A stretch of 64,000 nucleotides of DNA from the NCBI RefSeq assembly GCF_006345805.1, contig NC_042997.1, positions 105,958,001 through 106,022,000 on the forward strand, given 5' to 3'. Below the pieces are notes generated by a model that searched no databases, was not told the origin of the DNA, and was given only the letters and a program-made list of their open reading frames with translations. The stretch is from Octopus sinensis. Taxonomy: Eukaryota. The first letter of the stretch is position 1; each line of letters starts with the position of its first letter. The position numbers and the translations under genes were made by a program. Positions 55,883 to 64,000 of this stretch are shown here, piece after piece.

Positions 55883-56559
55883 ATTGCAGGAAATGTTGAA
55901 TAGCAGAGGAGGGTTTCAAATTAAAACAAAGCAGCTGTTACCTGCCAGATGTGATGCGTTTCTGCTGTGGCGAGATTGGAATCTATAAAAGATGCTGCTC
56001 AGTTTTCGCACCTCTCAATAACAGCAATGAAATCCGTCTATAATTAATCACCGGAAGAAGCGACCTAGCAGAAACGACCGTAAATATTAGCTAGAGAAAG
56101 AACACTGTCAGAAAAAGAACAGCAACAACAACACCAATAACAACAACAACTACTACAACAATAACATCACTCGTGACAATAGCTATAATGGCGACAGTGG
56201 CAACAAGAAGCACAACAATAATCACGCCAAAACAACAATAACAAAGGTAAGTATGGAAATGGTAACTACGGCAGCTACAATATCGCAAAGAACCAGCAGT
56301 ACCTTTATGTGGCCGCTCTGTTTACTTGAAATAGTAGCCAAATTTCCCTTAGTTTTCACTTGACCATTTTGAAAATAAAATTAAAGAGAACCCAGTTGAT
56401 AATATAGACTTAGATACGTTTGAATAACTAAAACAATATCACAAAAAGAAAAACAATAACAACGTTGCGAATGGAGAGTTACTACGGCAGCTACGATACG
56501 GTCAACAGCCAAGAGTGTCTGTTTTTATGGCCGATCTGTCCACTAGAAATTAGAAAATG

Positions 56560-56822
56560 TAAAAGGATCATAGGTCCTTTGCATGCTCTAGGCTCATAAG
56601 ACCGGTTACTAGGATTCTGTGGCACATATATTGTTCATCCCCCTGGATGGGGCACAGATCCATCGCGAGAATTACTCACTTTCGCTAGCTGAATGGACTG
56701 GAGCAACTGGAAACAAAGTGTCTTGCTCAAGAACACAGCGCATCACCGAGTCCAGGAATCGAATTCACAATTTTACAGTCATGAATGCAACACGCTGACC
56801 AATTAGCCATGCACCTGCACAT
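56560..56822 (-). mobile_element. tRNA-SINE with a family-C/E-type head and family-D-type tail
   Basis: GGAATCGAA B-box, GTCTTGCTCAAGAACAC, and CCCCTGGATGGG...TCCATCGC. Flanked by CTAGAAAT on both sides. Confidence 0.7.
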
Positions 56823-57240
56823 CTCCTAGAAATAGTAGCCAAATATCTCTTAGTTCACACCTTATTCTTTTGAAAATAGAAAAACGAAGGGTACAGTTGA
56901 TAATATAATGATAAATACAATGTGTGAACAACAACAATAGCGACAACAAAAAGTGGGATAGTATGGCCATGGGTGGAGTGCTATTTTATCATATGATTGC
57001 TCAATTAGGACTGCCCACGAGCTAAACAAGCGAATGACTTCAACATAATTAGCAACACTAATAAATATGAGCCACATGATCACCATAAACGATAGTAATG
57101 ACAATGACAATACCCACAACAGTTGAAAGAGCAACGACACGAACAACCCCAATGACAAAAGAAGCAGTAGTAGCAAGAGCAGCAACATCAACAATGACAG
57201 CCGCAGGAGGCAGCAGCAATAGCAACAACAGCAACACAGT

Positions 57241-57425
57241 GGAGGCGCAATGGCCCGGTGGTCAGGGCAGCGGACTCGCGGTCGTAAGAACATGGTTTCG
57301 ATTACCAGACCGGACATTGTGAGTGTTTATTGAGCAAAAACACCTAAGCTCCACAAGGCTCCGACGAGGGTGGTGGTGAACCCTGCTGTACTCTTTCACC
57401 ACAACTTTCTTTCACTCTTTCTTCC
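57241..57425 (+). mobile_element. 5' half of a family-D SINE
   Basis: Aligns with 1279-1465. Confidence 0.85.
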
Positions 57426-57729
57426 GACTTCTGCCACAAAGCAGAGGAACCATGGTGTAACCCACTATTGTGTGGTAAACTTTCAGACCCTAGTCTAGAT
57501 TGCAAATCCTCTGTATCCCAGGATGGTTCAGTTCTCCACCGTTTATGGAATGAGGCTAACAACGTAGCTTTTGCGCCCATGCAACTGCCAGTCTATCGTG
57601 TGTGATGGCGACACGCATTCTTTGTAGCTTAGACTAGGCCCGAATTAGAGACTATTCTTTGTGGCTAATGGCGTGAGCCCTGATTGGAAGAAGACAACAG
57701 CAACATCAACATTTAGAGCAGCAATAAAA

Positions 57730-58771
<1,042 letters not shown>

Positions 58772-59469
58772 ACTACAATTATTTCTTTTTATCACAGGCA
58801 TGCGTATGTATATTAGTGTGACAAACATGTCTGTCTTAAGCAGCTATATTCGTTTCTGCGAACTAATTTCCTAAGATTTGAAAAAGAATTGTTACGCTTA
58901 TTTTTACTTATTTAACTTTTATTTATATTCCTCTTTTGCTTTCTTATTTTTGTTGTTGTTGTTGTTGTTGGGGTTTTTTTTTCAAACAAATTAGCTGTGC
59001 GAAATTGTCATAAAAAGAATTTCAGAAAAAAAACCTTAAAGATTTCATTTACTTTTAAAATAATTTAATTTGGCTTTTAAGGTAATTATGTCTCTTTGTG
59101 GTAGTGCCAAATATATATACTAAATCTTTTTCGCATTTGTGCAAGGCATTGTTGCCTCTCTAATAAATTAGTTTATATGCAACAATTGCAAGATTATGCT
59201 TCTTATTAGTAACCGGAATTATCGGTGTATTATTGCTTTTTGAAAAACGGCACAGTACCTCGTGTGTTATAGAAATAAGATAGCAGATATTTCTTAGATA
59301 AAAGCCATATCTTTTAAGCAAAATTACCGTACTTAACAACGGAGAACTTCAATCACAAGATGACTTTGCATGGTCCACAATTTATATTTTATGTTGGTTT
59401 CAAAACTGCCTTCGTTTTCCCATTTTTTTTTATTGCGATAGCACGTATACTTTTTCAGACTGGACCTTT

Positions 59470-59785
59470 TTTGTTGTTACTCTGTCGGTTACGACAACGT
59501 GTGTTCCTGTTAGCCTGATCAACGGAACAGACTGCTCTTGAAATTAACGTGTAATTGATTGAGCTCTCCACAGACATGAGTCCCCTTGGCGTAATTCTCA
59601 GGGAGATTCAGCGTGACACAGAATGTGACAGAGCTGGCCTTTTGAATTACAAGTACAACTCACTTTTGCCAGCTGAGTGAATTGGAGCAGCGTGAAATAA
59701 AGTGTATTGCTCAAGGACACAACGTGTCACCACGAATCGAACACAAGACTTTATGATCGAATACCCTAACCACTAAGCCACATGG
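59470..59785 (-). mobile_element. tRNA-SINE (family F)
   Basis: GAATCGAA B-box, TTGCTCAAGGACACAACG and TTTTGCCAGCTGAGTG core with a distinct tail. Confidence 0.75.
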
Positions 59786-59830
59786 GGTTGGTTATTATAT
59801 TATATATCAGTATTATATATCGTATTATGC

Positions 59831-59973
59831 GGAGGCGCGTGGTTTAGTGGTTAAGGTACTGAACGCATGACTGTAAGGTTGTGGTTTCGATTCCTAGACC
59901 GGGCGATGTGTTGTATTCTTGAGCAAAATACTTCATTTCACGTTGCTCCAGTCCACTCACCTGGCAAAAATGA
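59831..59973 (+). mobile_element. 5' part of a tRNA-SINE, interrupted by the hammerhead-bearing element
   Basis: TGGTTTAGTGGTTAAG and GGTTTCGATTCC boxes, plus GTTGCTCCAGTCCACTCA core. Confidence 0.8.
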
Positions 59974-60210
59974 TATTTGTCCTCATCTAGCTCGGTTGTT
60001 ATACCCCGCCAGCCTTCATCGGGTGTCTTGGGGAAATTTCGAATCTGGGTTAAAATTCCTAAGGTATTTTTCAATGCTATTATTACTAATCTTGGGGTTA
60101 GTAGCGGTAAAGTGTGGTAAAGAGCGCGGGCTACTAACCTCGAGATTCCGAGTTCGATTCCAGGCGGTGACCTGAATAATAATGATAACAACAACAACAG
60201 CAACAACAAC

Positions 60211-60253
<43 letters not shown>

Positions 60254-60330
60254 TCGAAAAATACCTTTCCCCAAGACACCTGATGAAAGCTGGAGGATAT
60301 ATCAACCGAAACGTTATGTTAACAGCCACG
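59972..60330. mobile_element. Head-to-head pair of composite elements: tRNA-like head + (AAT)n + PLE-like tail with hammerhead motif
   Basis: Plus copy 60111-60330 and minus copy 59972-60105. They share GCTACTAACC, CAT(C/T)GAAAAATACCT and TTCCCCAAGACACC(T/C)GATGAA. Confidence 0.7.
60275..60320 (+). ncRNA. Degenerate minimal type-I hammerhead ribozyme motif
   Basis: GACAC-CUGAUGA-A-AGCUG(loop)CAACC-GAAAC-GUU-AUGUU. The core boxes are intact and helix III is the palindrome AACGUU, but stems I and II have mismatches. Confidence 0.55.
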
Positions 60331-60339
60331 ACGGGTTTA

Positions 60340-60478
60340 TTTCAAGCAAATCCATTCACAAGGCTTTGACCGGCCCGAAGTTATAGCAGAAGACACTTGC
60401 CCATGGTGCCACGCAGTGGGACTGTACCCAGAACCATGTGGTTAGGAAGCAAGCTTGTTACCACGCAGTCATACCTAC
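60340..60478 (-). mobile_element. 5' half of a family-B SINE
   Basis: CAAATCCATTCACAAGGCTTTG...AGAAGACACTTGCCC...GAACCATGTGGTT. Confidence 0.82.
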
Positions 60479-60699
60479 ACCCAAGGCCCCGATTCGGAGA
60501 CAACGAAAAGGTTCGTTATAATGACTATCTTTCTATAATGCAAACACAATTGAGTTTTCGGCACTACACAAGCTTGTCTATTCAAGTATGTATTCAGTCC
60601 GAAGTCTAACTTCCTATATCGCAACAATGCCTACTTCCTTTCTTCATTTGATGGACTTACTTCGACGGATGACTGTCGTGAAGATGCGTTTGGTAGACG

Positions 60700-62206
<1,507 letters not shown>

Positions 62207-63538
62207 AAAATATTATTATAACACTACAAATATTACTTTCTTTTCCGACTTAGGATAAGGAAATATTTGTATGGGAGATGGAAATATAAATATACCTATT
62301 CTTTATATATTTGAATTAAATTAATGCTGTGTATATTATTGATGAACGCCAAATCGACATCAGGTGAGTTGAATTCAGAGCCAGAAATTAAATGCTGTAA
62401 AGAAGCTCAATCGTCTCTATCTTTTATATTACACACTGACCTTTACTGTTTCTGTATTTTAACCAAAAGAAATTTCCAAAGGAACGACAAATGAGAAATT
62501 GTGACATAAGGAAGAGAAAATGGAATCAATAAGCAATCGAAAGTGAGTCACGAACTCAACTCACCAGAATCTTATTTCCTGCTCTACAACACTTACCTCG
62601 ATACGCTAAATATTTGCACAAATGTGCCGTTGTTTCTTGAATAAAGGGTAAATTTCCACAGAGACATTAAAAGAAAAATATTAGAAATGATATTTTAAAC
62701 GAAACAAATATTACAGAACCTCTAAAGTTAACGAAAGTAAATGAAAATCGACACTGATTTTCCGTGTTTCGTCTTTTTACATTCTTTCTTCTTTTAACTT
62801 TTATATTTATCAAGAACGAATGTTAAAAGGCTCAGCTGTCAATAGTCAAAATGAACTTACAATTTTAATATATCTGCAAATCTATATGTATAAAGTGCAA
62901 GGGGTACATAATAAAACTAATCGAAAGACAGAAAAAAATATAACAGAACACATTAAAACAATTCGTTACATTGCTAAACTAGCACACAAGTGTGATTTTC
63001 TTCTTTTGAGAAATAAAATAGGCATGTCGAAGATTCATAAAAAATGTTTAAATATATGATCAGTTATTTCCCAGCGTAACAAGCCAAGATAAAAAGACGT
63101 TATATCGATGGAGGCGAAGCAGACGACACAAATGAGAAAATGAAATACTTTTAGATTGACGTCAAATACGTAAGTAAATAATAAACAAATAAATACAACA
63201 CCACCACTGCCACCAGCGATGTAGAAAATAACAGACAACAATAACAACAGCGACAACGAACACTAAAGCAACAATAACTACAGAAACATAACTGTAACTA
63301 AATCTATACAAATTGTTTTTCAAACACTTTCATAATGATTAAACATGGGAATTGCAAACTAAGAACTGAAAAGCAAACTGAAATCCTTGTAATTAAATTT
63401 GATATCTGTCGAATACTTTACGTGCAAGCAACAATCTTTAACATTAACAGTAAGGCTGCCATTTTTACCTTAGAGGATTCAAGATTGAAGTTAGGATGGT
63501 TGTTATTATTGTTATTGATGTTACTGTTGTAGTCGTTG

Positions 63539-63570
<32 letters not shown>

Positions 63571-64000
63571 GGTGGTGGTGGTGGTGGTGGTTGTGTCGTT
63601 GTTGTTGTTTTATTATTAATAGGTTCGTTTTCGTTTTTTATTTTTAAACTGAATATTTTGTTTGTAAAAATATATATTTTTAAACAATTTCAGAAATTAT
63701 TTTTCAATATAACCCCCCAGTGAATACTTTCTGAATAATTATTGAATTATTAAACTCCAGAAAATAACATCTAACCAATATTTACAAGCAATAAAAGTGT
63801 TGAAGGTTCTCCTTGTTGTTCATAGTCATCTTAGAGAAAGAGAGGAATGGTTATTAAAAGATAACAAACACTTCGCTCTTACTCCCACCCACAAATCCAT
63901 TTATCTCTCTCCCTCTCTTGGTCCAACATTTTCTTTCTGTCCCTGGCTTAGCATTTATATATTTTTTTATTTACAACCTTTTCTCCAATTGTGCTTTCAA

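Noticed and set aside
55940-56010. ATTGG + TATAAAAG + TCAGTT promoter, or a 41-nt minus-strand exon
   Set aside because: TATA-to-initiator spacing is only about 15 nt, and the exon has no supporting homology.

Overview
AT-rich, microsatellite-dense animal DNA that looks intergenic or intronic. The SINE families resemble those I recall from octopus (cephalopod) genomes; this is inference, not a database match. I find no intact host protein-coding gene: almost all listed ORFs are translated simple repeats. The window holds dozens of tRNA-derived SINEs from several families, some with target-site duplications, nested insertions, tandem runs and inverted pairs. It also has decayed DNA transposons (Tc1, DD37D/maT, Chapaev3-like, a pogo-type MITE), two Helitron derivatives, and 3' remnants of HERO/RLE-, CR1- and RTE-type LINEs, plus one 100-N gap. 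The most interesting signal is a recurring set of short repeats with minimal type-I hammerhead-ribozyme-like folds of the kind known from Penelope-like element (PLE) terminal repeats, often in inverted pairs. One version is fused behind a tRNA-like Pol III head, making a candidate PLE-mobilised, ribozyme-tailed SINE. Every hammerhead copy here has core or stem mismatches, so activity is unproven.
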